Counted from the first letter of the stretch, positions 1-13,240 are shown. The stretch: 64,000 nt of DNA from Eledone cirrhosa (GCA_964016885.1 OZ024747.1:87420001-87484000); one strand, 5' to 3'. The notes: a model not told the origin generated them from the sequence alone. Translations and numbers: made by a program.

Positions 1-34
<34 letters not shown>

Positions 35-357
35 CAAGGAGACAACAGAGGTACAAAACGTTTTATTAGTTTCACGCTTTATATTGGAAAGAGGAAATAA
101 AAATAAAAACATATATATATATGTATAATATAAGATCAAAAGATGGTTAAAGGAGTTCCATGTATTTTATTATGCGCATTTCAAAAACAAACATCATCAT
201 GCAATAATATTTGTGTTTTCATCAGATAAAACAGGAGAACATGATATGAAGGCTAAAAAACACTTGTGGATAGTGCAGTTTTAAATCAACATAAAACTCA
301 CCTCCTACATTATATATATGTATATATATATATCCATTCTCTCATTTCCACCAAAGA

Positions 358-452
358 GGTCCGATGTGCCATTGATTACAGAGTCGGGCTAGATCGATGC
401 AGATCGAACCTTGTACTGATCAATTGCGAAACGCGTGTCACCAGCTAATAAA
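358..452 (+). ncRNA. Degenerate PLE-type hammerhead with long stem II
   Basis: GGT-CCGATGT-GCCATTGAT...ATCAATTGC-GAAAC-GCGT-GTC-ACC followed by AATAAA; two core mismatches. Confidence 0.4.
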
Positions 453-609
453 CGTAATGAAGGAGTACTCGTCCTTGTTTTATTTTATCATATATATATA
501 TAAGAATTAAAATACTAGAGTGTGTTGAAGTTAAACACACTCGTCGTATTATAGAAATGATACAGCTCAATGTAATTAAACAGAGCCGAAGAATATTTTT
601 TATAATTTT

Positions 610-640
<31 letters not shown>

Positions 641-1472
641 GGTGTGTTTCTGTGGGCGAAATACTCAGCCACTCGATATATTAATTCACGAGCAGGGTGT
701 TCCGTTGATCGAATCAACTGAAACTCTCGTTGTCGAAACCTCTCCATAAATTTGGAGATGTTTGGCGATATTTTCCTTTCGGTTTCCTTAAATAATTGAT
801 AAAAACGAATTTAATAGTAATCGTTGTTCAGACAAGTGTAAGTCCAATGAACATCAATATGTTGTTGCACAGTTGTGTATATAAAGACTAGTGACCATGT
901 CCTTGGCTTCAAGATTTATCGAAGTATGTGTTATTGGATAATATTCTCTAACATGTGGCCATTTTTTTTTTCAGACATCGTGTGTCTGGAACTGCATATT
1001 CTGTGTATTTTCTTATATTTTTAATGGTAGATAATGGGTATTTGGCTGCCATTTCATGCAGCCCAAGTGACTATTTAGTGGCATCTACTCGAGCCCGAAT
1101 AGCCAGCCACCGGGTGTCCTTGGTGAAGATCAATTTATATTCTGCTGTTTGAATTTTCATATATCGCGGATTAAATATACAAGCTGTCACTTCTGCTTCA
1201 AGTTTACTGTGGACGAGACTGACATACACACTTTTCAGCTGACCTTTCGTATATATTTTTCAATCACATATTTTTTTATTTGTTTGACCTGAATTACTTG
1301 GTCGTTTCTATGGCTGTGTGGATGACGGTTTAACCATCGTCTCAGTGTGTTTGGCCTTTAACATATGTTGTAGCTCTGGTTCGTCAGAATTATTGAGCGC
1401 TTGCCACACATCTCGGAAGTTGTTTTTCGCTAATTCCAAAGCCGAAATACGATTCTCGCTAATTTATATTTG

Positions 1473-1536
<64 letters not shown>

Positions 1537-1540
<4 letters not shown>

Positions 1541-1650
1541 AAAAGGTTCAGGACGAAGACGGCAGATCTCAAGCCGTTTCGACGGCTATTTCCAGAAATA
1601 ACCGTCGAAACGGCTTGAGCTCTGCCGTCGGGGTCCTGAACCTTTTCCTA
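1537..1650. repeat. 114-bp near-perfect hairpin, probable PLE 5' fold-back
   Basis: TAGGAAAAGGTTCAGGAC...TATTTC-CA-GAAATA...GTCCTGAACCTTTTCCTA with about 5 mismatches, directly abutting (TA)n. Confidence 0.85.
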
Positions 1651-1720
1651 CTCTACTACCCAAAGTATCGAGTACTCTGGTAAGTTATGGTCCACCTGGT
1701 TCCTTACCACACTTCCTTCG

Positions 1721-1762
<42 letters not shown>

Positions 1763-2475
1763 GTGTGTGTATCCATTTGTAACTCTTTACAGTTTACATA
1801 CACACACATGCACAATGCATTTCTCGTATCAATCATGCTATTACAACAAGAAATTTACTTTCCAGTCACAAGGTTCCGAGTTCTAAATCACATTTCTCCC
1901 TCTAAATAATTATATCCTAGAAATAAATTATTAAAATAACAAAACTTGAAATAGGATTGGATCGCGTTCACTTGACACCGAAAGATTGCTTACCTTTTTT
2001 ACTTGATAATGACGGCGATAACAACTCAGGATTTACAGTGTAAATGAATATCTTAGTTGAATTGTTGTAGCGTGGAGACAGATCTAAATACGCGTTGAAC
2101 CGTATTCAGTGCTCAGATCTTTCAGTGAAGCTAAATGTACAGAAGAAAGAAATAATCATGAATTGTTTTGTCACGACCATTCATTTCAATATCCTTTCTA
2201 AACTATTAACAGCTTTATTCAATAAAATTAGCAAGAAAAATTTTCAAAAACACAAATATTCCCCAAGTGAGCCGGTTTTATTCTGGATTTCAAAACAAAT
2301 TATTATTTCCCCACTACCACCACCGTTTATTGTGTAGATATATTTTCACCCAACTATGTAATTTTGAAATAAATAAACAACCTTGCAATTGTAAATAACG
2401 CAAATAAGGTAGACGCAGCATAGCAGAATGGTTTAGGAAGTTCGCTTCGCAATCAAATGCCACTGAGTGGCATTT

Positions 2476-2602
2476 TTTCTTCGCCCACTTATTCCTGGGA
2501 AGGTCGTGGGAGCAGAGTCCTCAAGCGCGCTTTCCAGGGGGTTACTGTTAGAGGCAACTGTCTCCATTTGATCCGGCTCGATCCCCAAACGAGACCACAT
2601 CC
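2476..2602 (-). mobile_element. 3' end of a Rex3-like RTE
   Basis: Reads WSRLGIEP...WKARLRTLLPRP then GAATAAGTGGGCGAAGAA; a related end occurs at ~37830-37935. Confidence 0.6.
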
Positions 2603-3339
2603 AGTATTTTTAACAACGTATTTTTAATCAGTAAACAATGTAGAATAATCAGTAAAGACTCATTATTCATTATGTACAACCCATAGATCACTATAGCATA
2701 GTATTTATTTTGCAGCTCTTAGTTTCTGCTGATTATCCTCTTCTGCATGGTAATCATTTGCAATCGGCTGGTGTCGCTCAGATTGTATGCTGATTCAGCT
2801 GTTTTTCAAACTGTCATTTTGAAATTGTGTCATATTGAGGTACAAATGTTCTCTTAAACACTCAACTATTCAGTACTTTGTCTCTAGATCAATGGAATTA
2901 AGCACCTATTTACATACATACACACGCAAACACACACACACACACACACGCACATATACACTTTACAAGTATATCAGCTAGTTTTTGTTCTTGTTTATGC
3001 TGTTCAGAGTTTTACCTAAAACAGCTGTTTTCGAATTCTAGAGTTTATTCATCCGCACTAGGTATCCCACCCATTTCAGTTGATGCTTTTTTACACACAC
3101 GCCCCTCCGCACGCCACCACAGAGCAGCAGCCACTACTCTCCAAGATCTACAGGCTTCTCATGATTCTTCTTATCCAAGTTATGTTTATATATATATATA
3201 CATACATCACGAAAGTAGAGTTGCTAGAAAGCTCGTCGTTGGTAAACACAGAGTGCTTATTCAGATCAACGACACTTAAGATTGCAGTTTTGATAATTCT
3301 GAGGTGATAGTATTTCTATGCTTGATATTAGATATTCTT

Positions 3340-3590
3340 CTCACCAATCTTACTGAAAATAACAACAGGCCTACATATCTATCGCTTATGTATGGGACCT
3401 CAAGAAGAAGTCCACCCCTTCACCTTCAAATGGAAAATACTCCAGAAGGCGCGCTCATACACGAATGGGCATAAGGTCTGTAGTTTATGTATCTCAGAGA
3501 GCTATCAGATATTAATTGCCTGGGGACATTTCCTGAAATAACTCTCTGTACTCTGTCCGAACTTCGTGATCAAAACCTATGTCACGTATA
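3340..3590 (+). mobile_element. Penelope-like element (PLE) GIY-YIG C-terminal fragment
   Basis: AYVWDLKKK/PFTFKWKILQKARSYTNGHKVCSLCISESYQILI with one frameshift matches the PLE consensus YIW.LK...IKW.I...Y.....C.LC..EK..I. Confidence 0.75.
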
Positions 3591-3809
3591 GAACCTACAA
3601 GCCAGTTCTGTTTCCAGAACGGTAGAACCAATAAACTATATTACTCGACCTAGTATCCAAATTTCTCCTCCCTCTTCTTCTCTACTATGATCCGCTTCAT
3701 AACGTCTACGGCCGTGGCCGTGATTATTTCCTTAGCTACTATCACCACCAGTCTTTTATTATTTTATATATATATATATATATATCATCTCCAAGTATCT
3801 TCCATTATT

Positions 3810-4368
3810 TCGGACGCCATGCTTTGACGCATAGTTACGGCCCTTGCCATTCTGAGTTCAAATCCCGCCGAGGTTAACTTTGCCTTTCATCCTTACGGGG
3901 TCGATAAAATAAAGTACCAGTAATGCACTGGGTGATTGCTGGCCTTGTGCCAAAAGTCGAAACAGTTATTTGTTGGATTGGAAGTATCGGTAGAGGTTCG
4001 GACGCTATGCTTTGCAGCAAAGAGTTACGGCCCTTCATGGTCTGAGTTCAAATCCCGCCGAGGTTAACTTTGCTTTTCATCCTTACGGGGTCGATAAAAT
4101 AAAGTACCAGTCACGCACTGGGGTCGATTTAATCGAATTTCCCCTCCCCCAAAATTGCTGGCCTTGTGTCTATATAAGAAACCAATATTATTGGCAGTAT
4201 CGATACAACATCAGACACCATGCTTTGCAGCATAGCGTTACGGCCCTTTACATTCTGAGTTCAAATTTCGCCTAGGTTAGCTTTGCCTCTCATCTTTACG
4301 GGGTCGATAAAATAAAGCACTGGGATAATTGCTGGCCTTGTGCCAAAAGTAGAAACAATTATTTATTA
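3810..4368 (+). mobile_element. Three head-to-tail copies of tRNA-SINE family A
   Basis: Each has the B box GAGTTCAAATCC, the core GCCTTTCATCCTTACGGGGTCGATAAAATAAAGTACCAG and the tail GCTGGCCTTGTGCC..AGAAAC(ATT)n. Confidence 0.9.
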
Positions 4369-4444
4369 TTGATTATTTTCCCATATCCATATAAATTAAT
4401 TATCATTACTATCACCGCCCCTATTAGTGACATTGTGATCATTA

Positions 4445-4806
4445 TTTATAAAAGGCAGATTGTTGTTGTGTGTGTGTGTACACATGTTCCATGTTTATAC
4501 ATTTGCACAATTTCAAACCGATTCGACTCAAAGTCTGTAAGAATATTGTAAATGGTCTAACTTAGGTCAACAACTATTTATTTATTTCAACCTCACCCAC
4601 AATTACGGAAATAATCGATAAAACTAAATACATGACGCTTTACCCCCCTAATACAATCTGAGTAACTCTACCTACCTCCCATACATACTGCAACCTTCTC
4701 TTATATACGCTTATAAACCTACTCCTTAATAATTTCCTTTAGAGAGAGAAAACAATAAAGGAGGTAGCCAGAGAGACAGAGACAAACGTTAAATACATGA
4801 CGCTTA
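4445..4806 (+). mobile_element. 5' portion of a second copy of the same Helitron
   Basis: TATAAAAGGCAGATTGTTGTTG...ACGCTTTACCCC duplicates 4822-5030. Confidence 0.7.
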
Positions 4807-4820
4807 CATCATCATCATTA

Positions 4821-5817
4821 TCTATAAAAGGCAGATTGTTGTTGTTGTGTGTGTGTCTGCACATGTTCCATGTTTATACATTTGCACAATTTCAAACTAA
4901 TTCGACTCAAAGTCTGTGAGAATGTTGTAAATGGTCTAACTTAGGTCAACGACTATTTATTCCATTCAAACTCACCCACAATTATGGAAATAATCGATAA
5001 AACTAAATACATGACGCTTTACCCCTCTAATAGAATCTGCTTACCTCTTTCTACTCCCCTTCAAATTCGATAAAACTACATACATGCTTACAAACTTCCT
5101 TTAGGAACGCCGAATAGAGAGAGAGAAGAGAGTGAGAGGGAGAGAGAGAGAGAGCGTTTGTTTTTGAGTGTGGAACGGTCAAACATGACAAACAGAACTT
5201 AACTCTCCTCCATATCACACCACTCCCTACTGTCTTAAATTTAGAAAACATATCCTCTATGAGGTCACTAAACCTGCTAGAAACAGCAGCTAACTCTCTC
5301 CATATCACACCCCTCCCTACTGTCTTAAATTTAGAGAACATATCCTCTATAAGGTCACTAAACCTGCTAGAAACAGCAGCTAACTCTCCCCCATATCACA
5401 CCACTCCCTACTGTCTTAAATTTAGAAAACACATATCATCTATGAGGTCACTAAACCTGGTAGAAACAACAGCTAACTCTCCCCCATATCACACCCCTCC
5501 CTACTGTCTTAAATTTAGAAAACACACATTAGACAACCATGCAGAACAACTCCATCGCAGCTCTGTTGTTCGGCTGGCATCGTCTACTGTTGCGCAAGTA
5601 CTGTGAAACAATAAATTTCAACACTTCTTTGCACAGAGATAATATCCATAGGCGAAACTACAATTGTCACTGCTGGCGCAGCTCCTGCTTCGGCAGTCCA
5701 GGTCTGCAAATCATTCACCCAGTGCCTGGCAGACAAAAAAGTGCTGCCATAAAATGGGTGGTGCAACCTAACTTTGGTAACTTACTGACCCCGAGCAACG
5801 CCGGGCTTTAATGCTAG
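4821..5817 (+). mobile_element. Non-autonomous Helitron
   Basis: Starts TC after an A, ends with hairpin CCCG-AGCAACGC-CGGG and CTAG before a T (A|T insertion site, no TSD). Has a 5' GT microsatellite and an internal tandem repeat. Confidence 0.75.
5200..5525. repeat. ~91-bp tandem repeat, about 3.6 copies, inside the Helitron
   Basis: TAACTCTC... unit starts at about 5200, 5291, 5381 and 5474. Confidence 0.9.
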
Positions 5818-6005
5818 TCATCTTGATAAATCACAACTATTGCTTTTATTATTGATACAATTATTACAGGTAAAACCATCCATCGAAATATCTCCCCACA
5901 GCCACAGAACCATAACAACTACCTTATTTTACTAGCTCAGTTAAAGATAATCTTTTATATTATATTTGGTTTATACCATTAATATTGTTCTAGATTTATT
6001 TTCTA

Positions 6006-6100
<95 letters not shown>

Positions 6101-6139
6101 AATACACATCCGTTTCTATTATCAAACGGTTTTCGGCTT

Positions 6140-6308
6140 AGAGTTACGGTCCTTTACGATCTGAGTTCAAATCCTGCCGAGGTTAACTTTGCCTTTCATC
6201 CTTACGGGGTCAATAAAATAAAGTACCAATAATGTACTAGGGTCGATTTAATCAACTTTCCCTTCCCCACAAATTACTGGCCTTGTGCCTATACTAGAAA
6301 TCATTATT
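6140..6308 (+). mobile_element. SINE family A, 5'-truncated
   Basis: B box, core and tail as in the other family A copies. Confidence 0.85.
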
Positions 6309-6738
6309 AAAGGGTTTTAAACCCCACTATCAGGCTAAAATTTCTTTAGTGAAAAATTCGCGAAAGCTTCTATTTCTACTAAATTTCAAACTTCGCCCGC
6401 TGTTTCAAAACCAACTTACTTGTCATATATATATTAATTTAAAAAAAGTATGTCTATATAATTAGACATCTCAATGAATAGTTAGAATATACAGATAAAA
6501 TATCACTCAGAGAAGTAATTTAATATATTAAATTTATGCTAAAATCTCAATTTACGGAAGTATCAGTCAGACCGACTAAAATAAGTCTAAATCGTATATT
6601 TATCCAACTGAGTGACAGAGGCCTGTGGACAATGGCAAGTGGAAGGGCTGCTAAATGTAACAGTCCGATTCTGCCAAGTTCCTCACTTGACCGCAAGGGA
6701 GTAATTAACACACACACACACACACACACATGTCTATG

Positions 6739-6779
<41 letters not shown>

Positions 6780-6975
6780 ATATATGTGTATGTATGTATG
6801 TGTATATATATATGTAAATCTCTCTATATATAATACGTGCTACAAGTATATATTAGCTTTCATCAGCATCTGTAAGGTTTTAATAAAATCTAAACGCTAC
6901 AAATCAATTTCTGATTTTTTCAGTTAAAATTTATTTGAAATATTTAAAACTGTAGCTCCATTATTACTAAGCACT

Positions 6976-7064
<89 letters not shown>

Positions 7065-7379
7065 CTATATTATAGCACTTTCTTACCTAACCACACGTAC
7101 AAACACACAACAAAGTCCGTTTTATTTAGTGCAGTGATTAGCAATGTGTGTGAGAGGGGTGATGGACATTTTCTAATTATATACTGCTGTTTAGTCATTC
7201 AGTCTGGTTTGCGAGAAATAACATGCAAATTACAGTCTGGCTTGGTGGATATATTTGTTTGATGGGAACTTGGAATCAAGTAATAAGTAAATGCCAATGT
7301 TTTTCAGGTAAATCAAGTATGTACGTAGACTCTCTGCAATACAACATTGTATTTGGTTGTCAACTAAATATATGTTACT

Positions 7380-7505
7380 AGGTGCAGACAAGGCTGCATG
7401 GTTAAGGAAATCACTTCGCAACCATATGGTTTCACCCCCACTGCATGGCTCCTATGCTTTGTCGATGAATTCTAGTAGACGAAAATTGTGTGAAAGCCTG
7501 TCTCG

Positions 7506-7548
<43 letters not shown>

Positions 7549-7632
7549 CATTGTCATAACTTAGCAGTTCGATAACCCAAGTGCCAGACTTGAAAACATC
7601 AGTACTGGGATCAATATGGTCGATTAAAGCCA
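7380..7632 (+). mobile_element. Old tRNA-SINE family C with internal (TG)n
   Basis: GGCTG..TGGTTAAG head and GTAGACGAAA.TGTGTG.AAGCC motif; related copies at ~25540-25780, ~30200-30345 and ~39270-39440. Confidence 0.55.
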
Positions 7633-7835
7633 TCACCGCAAAATCCTTACTGGATCACGTTGATTAGGATGTGTTAGTGTTGTATGTAAATATTTGATAG
7701 GAAATCATACACACGTACGCTTCAATGCAAATCTATTGTGTAAACTCCACAGATATATAGGATATAGAAGTATGATACGTAATCTTTTGCGAAAATTTGG
7801 ATAAGATTTAACATGACACATACACATACACACAC

Positions 7836-7879
<44 letters not shown>

Positions 7880-7888
<9 letters not shown>

Positions 7889-8055
7889 GAGAAGAAAGAA
7901 TACTGCGTGGTTGCACATGGGTTACATATGATAAAAATAGTCCTTCGTCAGTGATTTTCCAACCTTCATTGGTATTTCATCGCTTTAAAAATCATATACC
8001 TCCAGTTGGTGCGAGCAATAGCTAAATAAAGCTATTGGGACAAGTAAATCGCGTA
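7880..8055 (-). repeat. Dispersed TA-anchored repeat; inverted partner at 11019-11195
   Basis: About 175 bp of reverse-complement similarity; both copies end in TTCTCATGTTTTA(TA)n. Confidence 0.85.
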
Positions 8056-8517
8056 AAGCGAGCGAGACAGTAAACAACAAGGAAGGATAGCAACGCAAAG
8101 ATAGGAAAAACCCAGCAGCATGGGGATCCGGTCAGCTTAATCTGTGTGGATTTCATGAGCGAGGGAAATACAGACCGTGAGATGTGAGTGAGATGTGAGC
8201 AAGAAGAGAACCCACTACAGGCCAAACGGGAGGAAGTGAGAAGGGGAGAAACAGAGAGTGAGTGAGTGGAAGTGCGAGGAAGAGGCATACATGTGTATGT
8301 GTGTGTGGAAAAATTATCTTTTAAGTCATATTTATTTCTTTACACATGATTCAAGGGAGTTGCATATTCAGTTATTTGAAATGTTATGAAACAATTCACA
8401 TAACCAATATCTATACACAGGCACTAATATATAGGTACATACATACACTCCCTCTCTTCAGAGGAACAATAAAATGTCTTTAAAAGAATGAGTTTTGTAT
8501 ATATAGTTTTACCTTTG

Positions 8518-8651
<134 letters not shown>

Positions 8652-9204
8652 AGAAAACAATATCTATCCATAAACCATAGCTATAATGGCTTCAGTATAT
8701 ATAATATAATGTATATTCCTTAGATAAACATCTGATATATTATTCACATTGTATTCTGGAGATAGGCAACTTTAATGTTTATAACTTATAATAATATAAT
8801 TTTTGTTGCTGCGCACAAGTCTATTTAAAAGAAACTACATTGGTGTTTTTATAATCCATTGGGAATGCATCTACGCGCCTTTTCGTCATTAATATCAGAC
8901 TTGGCACTTAAGAGCATGTTTCAAAAATCTTCTGGCAGTTATCACTATAAAACCAGGATGTGTATTTTCATGTTGTCTTGCTTTAGGTAGAAATAGCTCT
9001 TAACAGAATGACAATGTATCTACTTCTCTTGCCTTTTGAGGTGTGACTATTGTGAGTGTGTAGCTCAAACGAAGACCCCCACCAAGATTTTATTGTTTTA
9101 GACTAAGTTTATTGCCAGTTCAATTCCATAAAAAGTAGCACAAAATTTCAAAAGGCTGCGGATTGTGTTACATTTATACATTTATACAACTGATCTCTAT
9201 GCAC

Positions 9205-9740
9205 TTGATAGGTTTTAGGCCGAGTGTTGCATGGCTGGAATGAAAATCAGTGCTGCGAAAACTAAGATGTTCGTCCTCTCAAGGAAGCCTGCGCAGTGCA
9301 CTCAACATGTAAATGGAGTTCCACTGAAGGAGATATAGAAGCTCAAGTATCTTGGCGCCATGTTCACGAGTGGTGGAAGGCAAGAGGCTGAATTAAGTTC
9401 AAGAATTGCAGGAGCTAGTGCAGTAATGCGCCAGCTTCAGCATTCAGTAATCAGAAGAAGGGAGGTAGGCGTAAGCCAAACTCGCTATCTTCAATTCGGT
9501 ATTCGTGTCAAAGCTTACCTATGGTCATGAATCTTGGGTAATGACAGAAAGAATACGATCGCGAATACAAGCGGCCGAAATAGGGTACCTCCGAAGGGTC
9601 TTTGGAGTAACGTTACTCAATAGAGTTCGTAGCTCAGAGATCAGCAGGTCACTCCAGGTAGAGCCGGTACTTCTCTGAATTGAGATATCATAGCCCGATA
9701 CTATGGGCATGTGGTTAGAATGTCTCAGAACATATTTCTC
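9205..9740 (+). mobile_element. Rex3/Expander-like RTE RT C-terminal fragment
   Basis: Reads KISAAKTK...KYLG.MFTS.G...LTYGHESWVMTERIRSRIQAAE...LRRV.GVTL..RVRSS across frameshifts. Confidence 0.85.
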
Positions 9741-9754
9741 TGAGAGTTCCTTAT

Positions 9755-9792
9755 ACTCTGAAGAAGGGTATTGTAAGTTCCGAAATATTAGG
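9755..9792 (+). ncRNA. Degenerate minimal PLE hammerhead
   Basis: CTGAAGAAGGG...TTCCGAAATATTAGG; downstream sequence (TTTTGCATTGT) is shared with the 31337 copy. Confidence 0.35.
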
Positions 9793-9896
9793 ACGAAAGA
9801 AACAACAAAAAAACAACAAAGATTACCAGGTAACTAACTTTTTCGTTGCCTTCATCTTTTGCATTGTTTAGTCTTATTACATATATCACTATTCAC

Positions 9897-9937
<41 letters not shown>

Positions 9938-10646
9938 GCTACTTTTAACCTTTAATAATGACTCCCTTCTGTGGGGGATTGCCTTAGTATTTTCCTTTTC
10001 TCAGTACTATACTATCTCTTTTGAAGTGTAAGATTTTACATTTTTATCCTTGTTTCCTGTTTGAACCTGTTGAGGATTTTGAAAACGATAAGTAGAGCCA
10101 GGTGTCATTGCGCTAAAATAATATATGAGCTTCCTACATAGATACAACGCTTGAGTCTTTTAAAAGAAATACTTTGTATTGAACACATTAATAACTTCAG
10201 TAACGTCGTGCCACCAACTGTGATACGAAACGGACGAATAAGAAATACTGCACAAATCTCGAGAGATTTTTAATAATTTTCACACCAACGCATGGTTTTA
10301 TGGTAAAGTTAATCTTAGCTTGAATGTGTTACATTCTAATACGCCGCACACACGTTTACTGTATAGGGTAGGAACAGTTAACATTAAAAAGGAGTAACAG
10401 ATTGAGTTCAGAGAATAAAAGAAACTTGTAATGATAAAGAATTCAAAGGTAGAATGTAAAGAGCAGGGGAGTATTGAATTGAATAATGGCCGTACTCCTA
10501 TGTATTATATACACACACACACACGTGTTTGTGTGTGTACATGTAATGCTTTCGGGGACCGGAAAACACCCCAAATTAGGGTAGAACTCAATAATAGATG
10601 CGAGTAGATATAATAGAGAAACAGTAACCACAACGAATGACCCTTT

Positions 10647-10681
<35 letters not shown>

Positions 10682-10682
10682 A

Positions 10683-10723
10683 CGTTGCTGACGATAGCTA
10701 ATAAGCTTGAAACTAGTACAGCG
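10683..10723 (+). ncRNA. Minimal type I hammerhead ribozyme motif (PLE type)
   Basis: CGTTG-CTGACGA-T-AGCT-AATA-AGCT-T-GAAAC-TA-GTA-CAGCG. Intact core, stem I CGTTG/CAGCG, palindromic stem III ACTAGT, GUA cleavage triplet. Confidence 0.7.
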
Positions 10724-10957
10724 TTCCTTTGTCAGTGTTGAACAAATGAGCAACGATGGTTGCTAGACACTGCACGGCTTAATTCGGGATGTTTGTTTAC
10801 AAACACACCGAGCATTATAATAAATGTTCGGTGAATCCATACGTACATATATATAGTACTGTACGTCTGTATACATATATGTATGTACGTGTGCATACTT
10901 ATATTTAAGTAACAGCCGTACTAGGAGTGAGAAATGAAATTTCGTTTCATTTTTTTC

Positions 10958-11019
<62 letters not shown>

Positions 11020-11186
11020 GCGATTTACTTGTCCCAATAGCTCTTTTTAGTTATTGCTCGCACCAACCTGAGGTATATGATTTTTAATGCGATGAAATAT
11101 CAATGATGGTTGGCAAATCACTGACGAGGGACTAATTTTATCATATGTAACCCATGTGCAACCACGCAGTATTCTTCTTTCTTCTC

Positions 11187-11258
<72 letters not shown>

Positions 11259-11260
<2 letters not shown>

Positions 11261-11401
11261 TAAAATTCTGTTATAACGAATTATTTTTCAAACCCCAACG
11301 TAATAAACAAACGCCCGATTTGTTTCGGTCGATCTCGTTGTAAAGAATTTTTCGTTACGATTTTTTTTATACCCCATGAATTTCGTTATAACGAAATTTA
11401 A

Positions 11402-11404
<3 letters not shown>
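11259..11404. mobile_element. Tigger/pogo-like MITE
   Basis: TIR-like GTAAAATTCTGTTATAACGAA / TTCGTTATAACGAAATTTAACTG, embedded in (TA)n. Confidence 0.7.
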
Positions 11405-11466
<62 letters not shown>

Positions 11467-12427
11467 GCTTATTGTTATTATAAACAAAAGTGACTGCTTG
11501 AAACTTCAGGTATGGGTTTGTTGCGATCCTAGTTACCAAATGTGTTGGTAGTATCTTTTCCACCGAAAAGATCAGAATTTCGATCTTCCCTAACCTGCTA
11601 TTCATCTTTCCTCTTCTCTCTCTCTCTCATTCTCTGTGGAAAAATAAGTTGCAATCCATCATGGAGAGAGAAAGGCTCCACTAGGTTTAATGTGCTCGAG
11701 ACATGCCATAGGTCACAACAGGTTCCATCTGTCTGCAGCTTATATTTTTTCATATGAAACTCTAGTACATATTAGCTCAAAAATGTTTTGAACAATTGGA
11801 GTAATACATTCACGATCCTGTTTCACTGGGACAATATCAAGTATTTACAATATTCTCACTTATATACATTTTTAAAAGATGGTAGGGTGTTATTTTAGGG
11901 AATTTGACTGCTGCTTTTTAGCAAAATGAACAGCTATGTAAAAGTTTCCTCGTCAGTTCTGTTATTGCTATCTTGAAGGAAGTATTATTGCATTTGTTAT
12001 AAACGATAGACGTTAACATTTTCAAACTGGTTTATTTGTATTTGTTGTTTATTTTCTGAATTGTTACAGTTACTCTAACAAAAGCCCTCGGTGTATTTAG
12101 TTCTCTCTCTCTCTCTCTCCAACTATACTGAATTACATACCTTTAAATAATACGAGTTTATATAGTGAATAAAAACATACACATTCTTTTTCAAACAATT
12201 TTACACTTGAATTGAATGCTGAGAAAGAGTGAAAAACTTGTTTTGTTAGGTTTTGCTTCTCTGTTCGGGTATGATTCAACTCATAATTCGTTAGATTTTT
12301 TTAAATAAAAATGGGGGTTAAATTATTTTATGTTGGTAAAACATGAAAGTGAACAAACACATTTGCTGTGTATCATTTCATTAACTCTGTCAGACACATT
12401 ATTTGACTATTATTACTTATTGGAAAA

Positions 12428-12737
12428 CACGGCGAATTGGCAGAGTTGTTAGAATGCTGGATAGTATGCTTTGCACTATTCGTTACGACTCTTTGCTCTC
12501 TGAGGTCAACTTTGCCTTCATCCATTTAAGGTCGATAAAAGGAACCACTCTATTACTGGGGTGGATTCTTCCTCTATATCTTCCTTTCTCTCACTCTCTA
12601 TATTTCTCTGGAAGAAATCTGCTGTATTCAGACCTGGAGGGGAGATGGGCTCCAACAAGTTTTTAAATGCCTAGAAACGCTGTATGTCAATATGGCGCCT
12701 CTACGACTCCCTCAGGAGTTACGGGTCTATACATACA
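12428..12737 (+). mobile_element. Composite SINE: family A head plus alternative 3' module
   Basis: Same structure as 15967-16296; flanked by TACTTATTGGA. Confidence 0.7.
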
Positions 12738-12754
12738 TACTTATTGGAGAAGGT

Positions 12755-13008
12755 GAAGGCGCATGGCTTAGTGATTAGAGCATTGGGCTTGCAATCGAAA
12801 GGTTGTGAGTTCAGGTCTCGGACTGGGTGATATGTTGTTTCATTGAGCAAGGCACTTTATTTCACGTTACTCCAGTTTACTCAGCTGTAGAAATGAGATG
12901 GTAGGACTGGGGTCCCTATCATTAAATCACTCAAGACACCTCCAACGAGATATACCTTGGAGGAGGCCAGCTAAACCTGCATAGATGTGAGCTGTAACAA
13001 CAACAAAC
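12755..13008 (+). mobile_element. tRNA/CORE-type SINE family B with (CAA)n-ending tail
   Basis: A box TGGCTTAGTGATT, B box, CORE-like TTGAGCAAGGCACTTTA; TSD ATTGGAGAAGG at 12743 and 13009. Confidence 0.8.
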
Positions 13009-13019
13009 ATTGGAGAAGG

Positions 13020-13240
13020 GTGGTGGATTGGCAATATCGGTAGATCTTCAGACAACATGATTTGCGGGAAATAATTACAGCCCTTTACATTCTGAGTTCA
13101 AATTCTGCCAAGGTTAACTTTGCCTTTCATCCTTGCGGGGCCAATAAAATAAAGTACCAGTAACACACTGAGGTTGATTTAATCTACTTTCGCCCCCCCA
13201 AAATTTTTGGCCTTATGCCTAAATCAGAAACCATTATTTT
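13020..13240 (+). mobile_element. SINE family A
   Basis: Full head, core and tail. Confidence 0.85.

Noticed and set aside
10548-10585. Minus-strand GGGG..CCCCGAAAGC hammerhead-like stem
   Set aside because: The CUGANGA half-core is not recognisable.
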